Origin: Schizochytrium sp. TIO01
Taxonomy: Eukaryota > Protista > Bigyra: Labyrinthulomycetes
Assembly: GCA_004764695.1 (NCBI GenBank)
Contig: SMSO01000034.1
Location: 2,604,001-2,668,000, forward strand
DNA: 64,000 bases
Direction: 5' to 3'
Shown: positions 21,255-34,240 of the stretch, one piece after another
Layout of the letters: each line of letters begins with the position of its first letter
Position numbering within the stretch: the stretch's first letter is position 1
Notes under the pieces: generated by a model
The model's database searches: none
The model's input: only the letters and a program-made list of their open reading frames with translations
Told to the model about the DNA's origin: nothing
Position numbers and translations under genes: made by a program

Positions 21255-24200
21255 AACATTTACAGTCATCGATGAACCAAATTTTAAAAAATAATAAAAT
21301 ATTTAATGTAAAGTGCATCAATGAACAAATTAAAATGAATAATAACTTCCCTTTCAAAGGCGAAGCTTTCTATTTCGATGCAACAAAGCATTAGATCAAC
21401 ATGATCTTTAAGCCCTATGGATCCTCGTGCACTAACCCCGCGAGCCATAAAAGATTATTTGTCCAGTACTTCATTTCCAAATCAGAAGAGCGAGGAGGTA
21501 TTTTAGAGCCAAGCCTGCAACACCGCTACACCTGACGGGTGGTTTCGCCAATTGGCTATTTGTTCGAAATGACCAGACCCAGCAGATATGCCATGTTTAG
21601 TTTGGGAATCTAATTGGCTATAGAGAAGCAAAGATCCTGTCGCTAAGTCAGTCGATCTGTGAATCAGCAGTTACAATTAAGCCATTTAATATTGTTAAGC
21701 CCCTTTTGGGGCGGTTACTACTACCTTACTGCCAATTAGTCTAGCTAGGCATTCTCCTAGAATTGTACATAGTATGACGAATTTGTCCTTTCCTTAAGGC
21801 AGTGCTCACCTCAGATTCCTTCAAGAACAATAGGTGCTTCGATGCATTTGTTTATATTCATTGTGACTAAAAGTTGCGATCGTCTTAGAAAAGGAGAATG
21901 GTCAATGCATTCTATTCTAACTTTAGACTGAGACGACTTCAGCCCATGCGCAAACCCATGTAAATCTCAAGAGGGAGTTACGCATCTGTCGCCGAACTCA
22001 AGGGTTTTGACCAGGCTAGCGTAGGCTCTGTTTAATGAAGACGCTCGAACTCAATCTTTTAATTTACAAGGGTTTATTTAATCTTTTTGAGGGACAGCCT
22101 TTGCAAGGTGAAAAAACCACTTTTAGATCGACGGTTGGCCCACAACTCATTCCTCTGGCTTAAGATGACTATAGTAGTCCATTCGATTGAGTTAAGCACT
22201 AGAACCGCTCAAGGACCCCGCAACGCAAGGTCCTGCTCTGTGAAACCTTGAAAAACGATAGCAGCTCACTTAGTAATATGCATCGTCTAAGATAAACACA
22301 ACGATTGCATAAGCTCAGATATTTAGATAAATTGTATATCGATCACGGCGACTTATTACCTAGAATCAATTATTGCACGCAAAGAGGTCCCAACGCTGGC
22401 AGATTGTTTACGCAGTACCCATAAAATGCCGTTGCCCCTCCACGCTGGTGCTAGGAAAGAGTCGAAGGTCTCATCAATTGCAATATGAACACGCCGTGAT
22501 TATGCAATAGCCAAATTACTTTTCTTGCCGGGGTCGCAAGGACGTCTACGGACGGAGCATATTGGGACAGACATGGGGGTTTGATTTTGATTTTGTTATA
22601 TTCGGGTAGAGCTCCCTCAGCGCTATGGCGTGCTGCATCTAACTATTACAGCGGCAAATCCTGCATTGCGCCAGCAAAATCCTGCCCAATCAGAAGCAGC
22701 CAAATTTGATCACGATTCTATAAAAAAAGACATTTGAGGTGCGGAAAAGTAACCTTTCTCCATGCAGCTTTTTGGCCTCATCTTTTTTTCTTTCTGAATT
22801 TGTAAATTTCGATACATTGTTTAAGCGTCTATACATGCGGGAAGACATAGGCGTCCTCGGATATCTTGCGGGTTTCCCCCCTCAAATCTTCCTCCAACAA
22901 AACTGTCCAAATCGCCATCGACCCCCATGAACAGCGTCCCGCGGACCCCGTCCGTCCCTCAAGCAAGTGTGCCGTTTTCTCCCTACTCTCTATCTCCTAC
23001 CAGTCGCGGCATTTTGGCGCCACAACTCCAATTCCCAGCACTTCGCCATTGTCCATTATCCTGAATGGGCCAGAAACACATGGCCAACTTCAAGCCAGTT
23101 GGACCGGAGCAGTAAAACGCGCTTACACTCAGATGGGTTTTGCGAAAGAATCTCGTTTGTGAAAGACCCTGGCGCGATGAAAGACCCGCCGCCGCCTTCT
23201 TCGTCCAAGATCGGCGGCGAGGAGTAGTTTGTTGGCGGCAGACAGCTCGTGCCTCGACGACGCCTGCCAGGAAGCCGGAGTTCCTGCAACTTCCCCGGAA
23301 GCCCCAAGGCGCCGCTGCGTCTGCAGCGTCCCGGACACGAGAAGGGCAAGAAAGTCTATTTTCGACATGGATTGATGGATGGTCGCAGAAGCAGAAGAAC
23401 CGTTAGATTGATTTCCCAAAGTCCGTCCATTTCTTCCTGGTTCAAATCCTCTTCTTTTGGGATACTTTCCTTCCAGCTTAGCTTTGGGTTACGAGCCAGA
23501 ATGAAGAGTGCCCGAGGAATTCGCTGTGGGCCGCTCACTCGTAGCTCCAGAGCCTATTTTCAAGGCTCCAAGGTGCTGATTGAGGCGCCGATTCAAGCGC
23601 CAACTCGAGAGCGAAGGCGGAGAAGCCAAGCTTAGATGGATCCACAATGCAAGTATTCAATCCACCAAAAACACCGCCGCTTCAGAAAACATAATCTTTT
23701 CCCTTTCAAAAAAACTTGTTTCTTGTTTCTTTTCTTTTCTTTTCTTTTTCCTCTGTCTCTCTCTCTCTCTCAAGAGTACAATACTTCGTTTCACTCACTC
23801 GTAGTATTCTTATGGGTTTTGTGATTGAGTCCTCATAGTGGCACTTAGGCCGTCAGAACAACTCACGCTTTGAGAATCCAGTGTATAGTGCCGTTATTCA
23901 TTCTATTGGAATGACATCGAGCTTTGGGCATAGATCTCGGTGGGCAACAGCTCAAGCTACAGCCCCCCAAGTGGTGCAGTGTACAACGCGTTTTCAACGA
24001 GCGCAGTTCTTTCTCTAACCGATTTTCAGTTGCCAGCAATTTTGATATCAGTTTCACCACAAGGCGAAATGACTCCTTTCCCTTTAGATGAGGCGAAAAG
24101 GCACTCCAAACAACGCAATTATTTCCAGTGTCTGAGAAAGAACATCGTGCGACAGTTGCTTTGCGACCCTCCAGAACGATGGCTCAACGTTGTTTGCTGT

Positions 24201-24813
24201 TAAGCCTACAAAAAATAAAATGCAGCCGAGCACACGACGCGGGTTTGTTGGGACCCAGGCGATCCGATGTTGCCACTCCACTCTCACTGAAGATCAATCG
24301 ACACTGTGCTCCCGAGTGCTGTTCTCTAAGAAGCAGGTGTGACAGCGAAACTGCGCCTGTCCTCGTCAAAGCAACAGCTCCCCTTCTCGCAACCAAAACG
24401 AAAGCAATTTAATTTAATAAAAATTACATTTGTAATTTAAAATGCATAACTCATCATCTAATTGAATGTCCTTTTCTTTTTCCTTTCCTCACTTCTTCTT
24501 CTTCTCTTTCTTCTTAGATCATCGAGAGCAGAGTCTCCTCAATTAAAAAAGCACTGGAATGTCTTCATGTCTTTCATTCGCAGGCAAAGTGTTCATCGGT
24601 TAAGCATATGGATCGGCGCAACGCCTTCTGCGTTCGTTTTTAGCTCTCCTCAGTAAACATTTCATCGATCGAAAATACCGGCCGAGGCGACGCAGATGAC
24701 CTCCGTCCAACCAGCTCTTGATGATCTCTCGAATGAGGGAGCGTCACTTGGCTTCGATCTTCCCAGGTCGCCCAAGTTCGCGATGATGAATCCCTTCTTA
24801 GTTAGTCCAGGTC

Positions 24814-25109
24814 AAAAACTGGCTCATTCACTCTATTTATTTGTTATATATTTATTTTTAATTAAAAATTAATAACATATGACTACATATACAATACAAT
24901 ATGATGGACGATGATGCAACATACAGTAAGTCGCTTTATATTCAAGTGGTATTTAGGTATATTCTGCAACGCTATTGAAAATCCCTTTTTACTCAAAAAC
25001 CGGCTCATTCACTATTTCTTCTTTTATTAATTTTATTAATTTAAAAACAAAACCAAAAAACAGATAATTTATATACAGAACATGATGGACGATGATGCAA
25101 CATACAGTA
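24814..25109. repeat. Imperfect direct repeat of ~115 bp with ~180-bp period
   Basis: AAAAAC(T/C)GGCTCATTCACT...ATGATGGACGATGATGCAACATACAGTA occurs at ~24814-24928 and ~24995-25109. Confidence 0.85.
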
Positions 25110-27383
25110 CATTGTTTCATGCACGGGCTTCGATTGGCCGTTCTACAATCATTCGATGAAGATGCGCATATTTCGAGGCGTTCGAGCGAAATTCGATTTG
25201 GATCCTTAACTGCCTGGTACAACCCAACGCCTGATTTATTGGTTGGTGGTTGCATCTATCTATCGATATAGGATTCCAAGTGTCACTAGTTACGAAGAAG
25301 AGTTAAAAGACACGTGAAACCTGCTTTTGCAGCGCATTGCGTACCGGTGGGGTGTTATTATGATAAACTTTGAGTTTCGAAGTACTGGTCTCTACTTGCG
25401 GTATTTACGAGTCGAGTGCTATACATGCTTTTGCTAAACCGAGCAAGTATTCCAGCCATTGCACAGCACGAAACAAGAGTGCTCGAACTGCAGCAACGAG
25501 CTTTCCAGCCTTTGTGCTTAACTGTGTTGAAGGTTCTCGAGTTTAGCACTGCAAGAGTAAGTATGAACCCTGGAATATCTTTCAATAAGCTCCATCAATA
25601 AGCTCCGCACAATGCAACAATCGATTACCGTAAGGCTCAAAAGGTTCCCTGTCAGCTATTCCCCCACAGAGTCACTTGCGGGTAATTAAGAACTTCATCT
25701 CCAGGCACAATCGAGCTAAGCAGATCAGGAAAAAAGGTTGAAAAAGTTCTTTTCAATTAAACTGATTTGTTCTGCTCGTAAGCAGTGCTGCTTATGAGAT
25801 GACTTTATCTCAAGCGAAATGCCACTCCAGGGCTGGCGGGTAGGCACAAAGTTACAGCCGGCGAGCACATTCCGCTTCGCCAGCTCAAAACGAGTGACCA
25901 AAGCAGCCAGCCTCCTTTCACAATTAGAGCGGCGTGCGCAGACCCTCGAGACCTCGGCCTCGCGGCGCGAAGAAAGGAAAGGCTGAGATAGATACCCAAA
26001 GACAGGCCGCCTGAGACTTTTCTTCGAAGCGTGGCAGCAGCGCTAGCAGGAATCCAGGTACTCGAAAGCTAACAGCTTTCAGGTGCGGGGTCGCCTTCAA
26101 TCCTCCGGGGGAAGCAGGCCCTCACCACAGTGGCCTGTTCCCGGAAGCAGTTGCTCTCAATTCCCGAGCTGCAGCATTTAAATTCTGAGCGGCACTCGCG
26201 CCAGCTCCCTCTCTCACACTTACTCGCCTCTCTCTCTCTCCCCCTCTCTCGTGTCTCAACGGCCCTCCACTGCGGAGCGTTTTCTTACATACACCTATTC
26301 ATGCACCACCAGGAACACAAAACAGAGGCGCCTTCGTTGAGCTCTTCGGCTCGGAATGCGGTTTCCGCAAGCGCTTCTTCTGCTCTCGCATCGGCTGACA
26401 GCGCGAATTTCTCAGGCCCATCGTCGTCCTATCGATCATCTTCTTCCTCTTCTTCTTCGTTTCTCCTGGCTGCTCATGCGTTCTGTGCTCGCCTTCAACG
26501 CCTTCGTTTAGGTTTCCTTTTCTGTCACTCGTCTATGAGAGAGAGCTTCTTATTTCGGGGTCCATCCCAACGCACACGATGGCTCTGCTTCTTCTTAATC
26601 CATTCTGAGTGTCCACTGTGTCGCGTTTTTAGGGTCATCGTCTTTTGTGAAAGTAGACGAAATCTTGACCCAAAAGCCAAAATGATCGTCGCTGCACTGC
26701 GGCCGCCGGCAGCTTGAGCGACCTCAAGTCGAGTCTTTTGGCCTTTGAAGACTTGGTGCTTTCGATTGAAGAAGCACGAATCCTGTGCAAAGTTTTAGGA
26801 ATAACAGAAAGTAAAAGGTTTAGATTCGATTAGATTTGATTAGATTAGTTAGACTGATACACAACACTCGGAGAAACGACACGCATAACTGACAAAGATG
26901 TCATTTTTATTTTATTTATTTTGTTTGTTTGTTTGCAAGTTTCGAAGGACCTCTAATTCTCAGCTCTGGCGCCACGAGACTGAGCTCCTTGCCAGAGAAA
27001 CGTGGGCATTGGCCGCCTCGAGATAGCAGAGCGTCAAGTTTTGACAGGTGTTGGTGGGATCCTGAAAGAAATCTTTTTTGAAAGACACTCGTTCAGCAAC
27101 CCTTTCTTTCTTTGTCTTTTTCTTTCTTTGTTTCTTGTACTCCGAGTTGGCGGTTTTCGAAGTATGAAATCTTCACCTCGATAAAAGGAGGATCGATGGA
27201 GTTGGCGGCGGTTCGATCACAATTCCGAGCGAGCCCTCAGCTTGGTCCTCGCTCCTCTTGGTCGTTAAAGAGCTCGCGAGTAAAGCTCGATATATTCACC
27301 TGTTTCTGCCAAGTTTTGTTTTGTATCCAAGTGAAGAAATTGAAATCTCAGCTTTAGCTTGTTATAATCAAAATCATAAAAAG

Positions 27384-27411
27384 CAATCAATCAATCAATC
27401 AATCAATCAAT
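27384..27411. repeat. (CAAT)7 microsatellite
   Basis: Read directly from the sequence. Confidence 0.9.
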
Positions 27412-28674
27412 AACAAACATTTGTTTGCCAGGAAGAAGAAGAAGAAGACCGCGCGTTCGAATTTGGTACTAGAACCTGTTAAGCCCTGGTAGCTGTCCGG
27501 GACGCTCAGCAGCGCAAGTGCCCACTTACTTAGTACTTTCTTACTTTCTTTTTCACCTCTGAGATGAGAGAGAGAAAGCGCACTCGTGTTTTGACGGATA
27601 TCACGCAATTGAAGCGTCGAAGGCGAATGAATAGGGAAGGGAGTATCGCGCGGAGAGCTTATTGAAAGACCTGCAAACTTGAAAGACCCGTCGAAGTCAG
27701 TGTCAAACGAAAGACCGCACAGAGAGCTTTGAAAGACCCCTTTTCCGCAGGTGTGCGTTGGGTTTGCGATGCCCTTGCATTGCGGCGACCTCGAAGAAGA
27801 CAAAAAACGCTGCCATCCTCGAGGGCTCTACGCTAACTAAGTTCCTCCCTCGACCAGGTTCGCCCCTGCGACGGCCTGCTCGACTAACCGCAGATCAGAC
27901 GATTGGCTCCTTGGAAGCAAAAAAGGAGGCCAAAAAGGAAGGAAGGAAGGGAGGAAAGAAGGAAAGAGGGCCCTCAAAACAGCACAAAGAAAAGAGGAGA
28001 AACAGATGAGCTTTAAACTGAAGTGCGGTATTTTAAAATGCTGAAAAGGCTGTTTCTTTCTGGCATGTTTATAGGGGCCGAGAGAGATTGGAAAGAGTGG
28101 AAGGGAAGAGAAATACCAAAAAGCCGCATCGCTGACGGACCCTTCACGCAGAAGGATCACAACTCAAAGGCCCAGAAAGAGGCGAGCGCCACCACAAAGA
28201 TCGGCAGAGGAGAAGCTATTTGAGGAAAGACATTCGAATTGCTGGCAAAGGCGAGCTTTGTCTTGAATATTACGCATCACACACATGGTGATCGAAACAA
28301 AGTCCAAGCGGACGGGTGGGAGCTGTTTACTTTTTATCTTCGCGTGAGCCATCTTCAAGTTCTTTTTCTTTTATCTGGCTCTTCGGTCCAAGACAAAGAG
28401 TTTACCTGGTGCCCACAAATGAATTATGCCTGGCAACTTTTTAAATATAAAAAGGTGTTTATTTTCTTTTGTTAAATTTTAAAAAGAATTAAATCAAAAG
28501 TTTTAAAGTTGATTTAAAATGCTGCCCTTGACAGTAACTCACCCCTAAACATACAAAAGAATAGGAGGACAGGCTTACTTACTAGTCGACCTGATTTTCA
28601 TCTTGGGGTAAATTTTGAGGTGGAGGAATCCCACTCGCTTGACTAGCAAATCCCAAACCTAAGCAGTTCCATAT

Positions 28675-28766
28675 ATACATACATACATACATACATACAT
28701 ACATACATACATACATACATACATACATACATACATACATACATACATACATACATACATACATAC
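28675..28766. repeat. (ATAC)23 microsatellite
   Basis: Perfect tetranucleotide run. Confidence 0.95.
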
Positions 28767-29399
28767 GCTCTAGCCGTAGGAGGATATCTAACAACTCTCT
28801 AGGCACAGCCAAGCGAACACCTAAAAAAGTTGCAAAATGGGCAAGAGGTTAAATATGGAAACCAACAACACGAAGTCGCGTACTTCACCTCAGGATGATA
28901 GCCCTGAGCTTGTGCTGGAGCCATACACAGGACAAATGCTTACAGCTTCGCGTGCTGCACATGTCACAGCAGTCTACGAAAGGTTGATCATGAACCCGCA
29001 AAGTAGCAGCATCAGAGTAACTCGTCCTCTTCAGCCGTGCGGAATCAACCCTCAAGATGGTAGCAGAGCATACCGTCCACGCCTCTACACTCAAGCAGAA
29101 CTGCCCAAAGCATCTGACTTTTTCGACATTTGATTGAGAAAACCTAAACTCTTACTCCCTTAGGTTGTGTCGAGCCGTGAGCGTGATGGCCTTTGGCATT
29201 ATCGACGCTTTATGACCATAACGTCTGACCACTTCACCTTGAATGACATGCTCTAGATAAGGTGACCATCAACAACAGGCGCGTCCAATATGTTCTTCTT
29301 TAATTGTGTAACTTTGAGCACCTAATCAAGCTGCAACCCTACTTGTATTACGACTTTAGTTCATGTGTAAAGTCATAATTCTAAATGCTAATGAATGTA

Positions 29400-30150
29400 T
29401 CTTCTTTGAATTGATTCTATCTGGAAAATCTAGGCATCATTTTACACAGCAAGAAATTAAGCTGGGTAATCGCTAAAATAAACATAGAAAAATACTCAGA
29501 TAGTTGAGACTAAGAGCCATGAGTTTGCCAAAGGAAACTTCATCTGTAGACCCAACTTTGTATTTATCAACAATATGAAGCTCACCTGCAACAACATAGA
29601 CGCTTCATGATTATGTCTAGGTCGTTGTGTGAAGTTTGGCCTTGTATTAGCAAGCCATTTGTTTTGCGCATTGTTGAGCCAAGATTTATCCTTGCTATAG
29701 AAAACTTGTCTTCCTTATGATATAACGAACAGTTCAAAAATAACCCATGCAGAAAGATATTCTACTTCTTTAGAAATGTAGAACAACTCATTTGGATGTA
29801 ATAGGCATTGTCAGACAACTTCAAATTGTGAAGTTCTCTTGTAGCTGCTTGTGTAAGACTGAAAGCAACATCGAGTTGGCCCATATACTAAAATAGTAGA
29901 GCACTGTTTAAATGTGAACAATTTGTAACTGATTGCATTAGAATAATGACAGAATTATCCGCGACGCTAATCACTCCTTGTTTTATTTTCCATTCGCAAC
30001 ACGGTTTGTTTTCTTCACGGAAGATAGTCACAGACGAAGCTACGCCTGCATTTGTGACTCGAAAGTCATTAAAATGGAGCATTCTTGATGCCTTCGAATG
30101 GCGATTTGTCAAAGACTAACACCTTCACAAACATCCTATTATAAGTTTTC
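29400..30150 (-). pseudogene. Possible decayed LRR (AMN1/RNI-like) gene; limits approximate
   Basis: Broken frames contain LHFNDFRVTNAGV, VADNSVIILMQSVTNCSHLNS and LHNLKLSDN. Confidence 0.35.
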
Positions 30151-31619
30151 TAGGGTGCGCAAGGACGTGCGAAATATGCATGTTGTTCTTTTGATTACCA
30201 TATCCAAAATAGATTTTAAATTATTATTGCAAGGGTATGAATGCTTTGAAGCTTGATCTCCCCGATAATTTCAACACTAAGCTTCATGAATAAAATTACC
30301 ATCATATCTACCTAACTAAAATAAAACTAAGTGAAAGACAAAACGGCCTTTCGCTTGTGCTCTCCCTTTCGTTTGTAGTAAAACTTGCTTGCAATCGTCT
30401 TGCAATTGGCTCTGGAGCGGGATACTGATCAGTATATGCTAAAAGGGACATCATTCATGAAATTTTTCATAGTGCTACAAGCCATTGTTCCCGTGCGTGA
30501 CTTTGGGCAAAGTCTCAGAAATAACAAATGAATGTACAGAGGTTGCACCTGCCCAAAACATACTTATCTTTGCAACATGTAGTAATGATTTAACGAAACA
30601 ACTGAGTTTTGCGCTTCGCTTGGGTGCCCTGAGCAAGCAAGTTGGGGATTTATATTAATAATATTGACAGTTAGCGTGTCAATAGAGATGTCGAAGAAGA
30701 TTCGGTGCATAGCGCGCTGGAATAAAAATGGTAGCAGCTCGGTTAAATGTAAATCGTACTTGAGCATTCATAATCCCTATGCACTCAGGAACCTTGTGCA
30801 GGAATCATGTTCATAGTTTTCACTGCCTCATAGTTCTGTAAAAGTGAAAACTGTGGTATTAAATACCAGAATTAATTATGAAACCATCTATATTTCTTGG
30901 GCTCTTAATTTCTGGGTTCGACTTTGCTCTCACATTGTTGAATACCAGACTATAACTCTTGGGATTCTATGGTTGTACAGTTTCACAGAACAAAATACTC
31001 ATGGGACTTTTCTTGCTCTAGTTAATGACATTTGTTACTCTGACTCTTAGACGTTTGATATTTGACATTGGCGTTTGTGATGTCCAGTTCCAATACAAAT
31101 TGTGCGTCTCATTGTTTTAACTTTGCAGTTTGACGTTTCACAATTTGTCTTTCCACAGTGATCACATTTCATTTGGTCAGGAAATTTCCTTTTATTTTGT
31201 TATTGCTTTGTTCCACCAGAGTGATGTCTCTTTGTATTGCGGTGATGTTCAAACTTTGCTTTGGACATGCTTGAATCGAAGGTTCTCCCCTCAGTTCTAT
31301 AAAAATTATTTGCTTGAAGGTCAGTGTGATTACTATGTTCCGATCGAGCTATGCTGATGTTTCCTGCGATCGCAAAATTTTCATTGGAGCATTTGTGCAT
31401 AGTTCAAATCCAAAATGTCCATCTTGAATAATTTTCTCTCGTTCATGTCTTCCAATTTATCTGGAGGATAGCTTTGTAGAGGTGCAATGGATGTAAGTAG
31501 CATCATATCTTCTACAGATAACCTAGCTTCCCTTTCTTTCTTTGTTGTTAAAAAAAATTGGGATAAAGTCGAACCATTACTTTACTGAGAGCAGCATTTG
31601 GAGAAATGCGCAACTATTG

Positions 31620-34240
31620 AAGATGATTCTGGTCAGCTAAAAGTTGACTATGAGGAACAAGGCAAGAGATCTAGGAAGGCTTGACAACTTTGGCTTCAAG
31701 AGTTGGCGATATGCTGCCCTCGAGTTTCAACTCTGAGACAGACAGACTCTTGTAATGATAAGGAGACTTAGGAATACTCTGACTGAAATAGATACAATTA
31801 AAACGGTTGGGATGACTTATCTCTTCTTCAACCATCAACTCAGATTCCAACATACGAAATTCTAGCAAATGCGTATATACACTTTTAGTTCTTGCCTATC
31901 TTGAGTTCACAAGGACGCAGTGGGTGATTGATTTAGTTATATTCCTATGTAAGTCTTAAATTTGTAAAGGCTTACAATCGAGTATCAATAACTCTAGCGA
32001 TGTCTTATCCCTCGTTGCTTCGATTGAATATATTAGCATCAACCGAAATTTCACTTTAAAGCCCACAAGGCTCGTAGGCTTGGCGAATGTTGATTGGAGA
32101 GGTTATTTAGTGATTTGTTATTAGTCTTGAGGGTGACTGGGAGATTTAGTAGCTTTGCCTTGAAAATTGACGATCTTCTGAACTTAAAGTAATTCCAAGG
32201 TGGTCTGACTCATATTCTAGTGAGTGAATTTAGTTCAACGTAAAATCTCATCTTCCACAGCTCTTGCCTTGTCTTTGGAACCATACTGCTGAGACCTCCA
32301 ATCGAAGGAACTAGTGGACAAGACATTGCCAGAGTTCTTGGTGTCCCTTTGTAAAACCCATTAGAAATAAGGTTTACATTAGAACAAGAATAAGCAGCCA
32401 GACTTATGTGGCTGCTGAAGCCAAGAACTAGAAGTGTGAATACACATCACCGACACCCAAGCTTGGTTTAGCTTGGATCGATGGTTGGAGAAGGTTGGAT
32501 AACCTAACCCCATCGATTATCTCTAACCACATTCAAGAATGTCTTAATCTCCCTAAATTACTACATGAATCCATCTGTCCTGGAATTCATTCCCCAGGAC
32601 AGCAGTTCCCTAACACTTAAATCAACCTTCTTATAACCTTCATCAAGCTTCTTGCCTTCATCTTTACAGTCAACCTCACGCTAATCAGTATCACCTTTCA
32701 GCACATACCTGAGCTTTCGACTCTCAGCATTCTATTCACTGCATGTGTCATGTTTCCACATCTAGACTTAGATGTCTTTAATTTTAAAAAAAACTACTTG
32801 CTCACTATACGTATTTTAATCCCTTCAGGTGATAGACCCAGGATTTTCACATGAGACGTTCACGTTCTCCCTTATTGCTTGACTTCGAAAATTATGAACC
32901 CACTTATAAATACAAGAACGTGTGAAGCTCACGTGGTTTTTGCAAGATCGTTCAGAGAATACAGGATCAAGCTCTTACTTTACATTCCTGTCGTAACAGG
33001 TCAAAATTTTATCCATGCAGCATTCATAGGTTCGATTGGTGCTTGCCTTGTACTTTTCCAGTAGCCTGCATCTTCATGATGAATTGCAAACAAAGTGGTA
33101 GTCTTCGCCAACGCTTGTAAAGTGATGCTGCAGTATACGTAATAGTGATTCAGAAATAGACGTCGCTACATTCAAAAGCCCCGAAATTACGCTTTCCACC
33201 AGAATGAGTAAAAACCCTTTGCTGCCATTTGAAGATAGAAGTGCAAGAATGAGGCTCTTTTGCGTAACACAATTGTTCAGGAGACTCCGGTAGAATAAAG
33301 CATATGAAAAACATGGATTGTCGAAAGACCAAAGTTGATTATATATACATTTTGGGGGAAAGAGAATTTCTCAATATTTACAAGATTCTGTTATGAAGGA
33401 TTGGTTTGTTCACCAGATTACTTTTGCATTATATACATCGAGCTCCCGAAAGATGATTGTGGTCAGCTTAAGGTTAACTGTAAAGATGAAGTCAAGAGTC
33501 TTGATGATGGGGGTTTAATAAGGTTAATTTTAAGAGTTAGTGAACTGCTGTCCTGGAAAAGGATTCCTGGGAAGACTGATGCATGTAGTAATTACGGAGG
33601 CTAAGACATTCTTGACCAGTGCTCGAGATGCTTGACGGGGTTATCCTCTTCAACCATCAATCTAAATGACACCATACTTTGATATAGGTACTGTGTAATT
33701 ACACTTTTGATTCTTGGCTTGGGCAGTCACATAAATCTGTCTGTCTAATTCTGCTTTATTATAAGCCTTATGCCTGCGAGGGCTTTACAAAGGAGCGCCA
33801 GGAACTCTAGCAATGTCTTGTCCATTAGCTCCTTCGATTGAAGATCTTAGCACTCCCTGCTGAAAGATTAAGCTAGATTCTGGGCTAAAAATACAGAGGC
33901 AAGATGCTTGGGAATAACTTAAAGAGAATTTCGCGGACTTGGGCTTTCAAAGTTGTCTAACTCATACTATAATCAGGAGAGTAAGAAAAGCATAATCAGT
34001 TTTACTTATAACTGAAGTGGCTAGTGTAACTTATCTCTTCAACCATCAATCAAGATTTCACCATACTTACTATTCTATTGGACATGTATGTATCATTTTA
34101 GTTCTAGAAGTTCTTGACTTTGCAACCATGCAACTGCTCGCCTAGTTCTGTCCTGTAAAACTTAATGTTTTCCGACTTCTAACTGTCTGCAAAAAACTCT
34201 AGCAATATTTTGTCCATATGACCCTCAATGGGACATTTCA
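31620..34240. repeat. Cluster of diverged ~400-bp modules, probably decayed LRR coding sequence: 31620-32040(+), 32298-32700(-), 33450-33852(+), ~33930-34240(+)
   Basis: Shared landmarks AGATGATTxTGGTCAGCT, TCTTCAACCATCAA and ACTCTAGCxATGTCTTxTCC...TTCGATTGAA. 32298-32700 is a diverged reverse complement of 33445-33845. Confidence 0.8.

Noticed and set aside
22800-23640. GC-rich cluster of overlapping short ORFs
   Set aside because: No consistent frame or recognisable domain. Possibly a decayed gene but not assignable.
28582-28812. ORF with an MYVC repeat (and similar ORFs at 48972, 39654, 52666)
   Set aside because: These are translations of microsatellite or purine/pyrimidine-skewed tracts.
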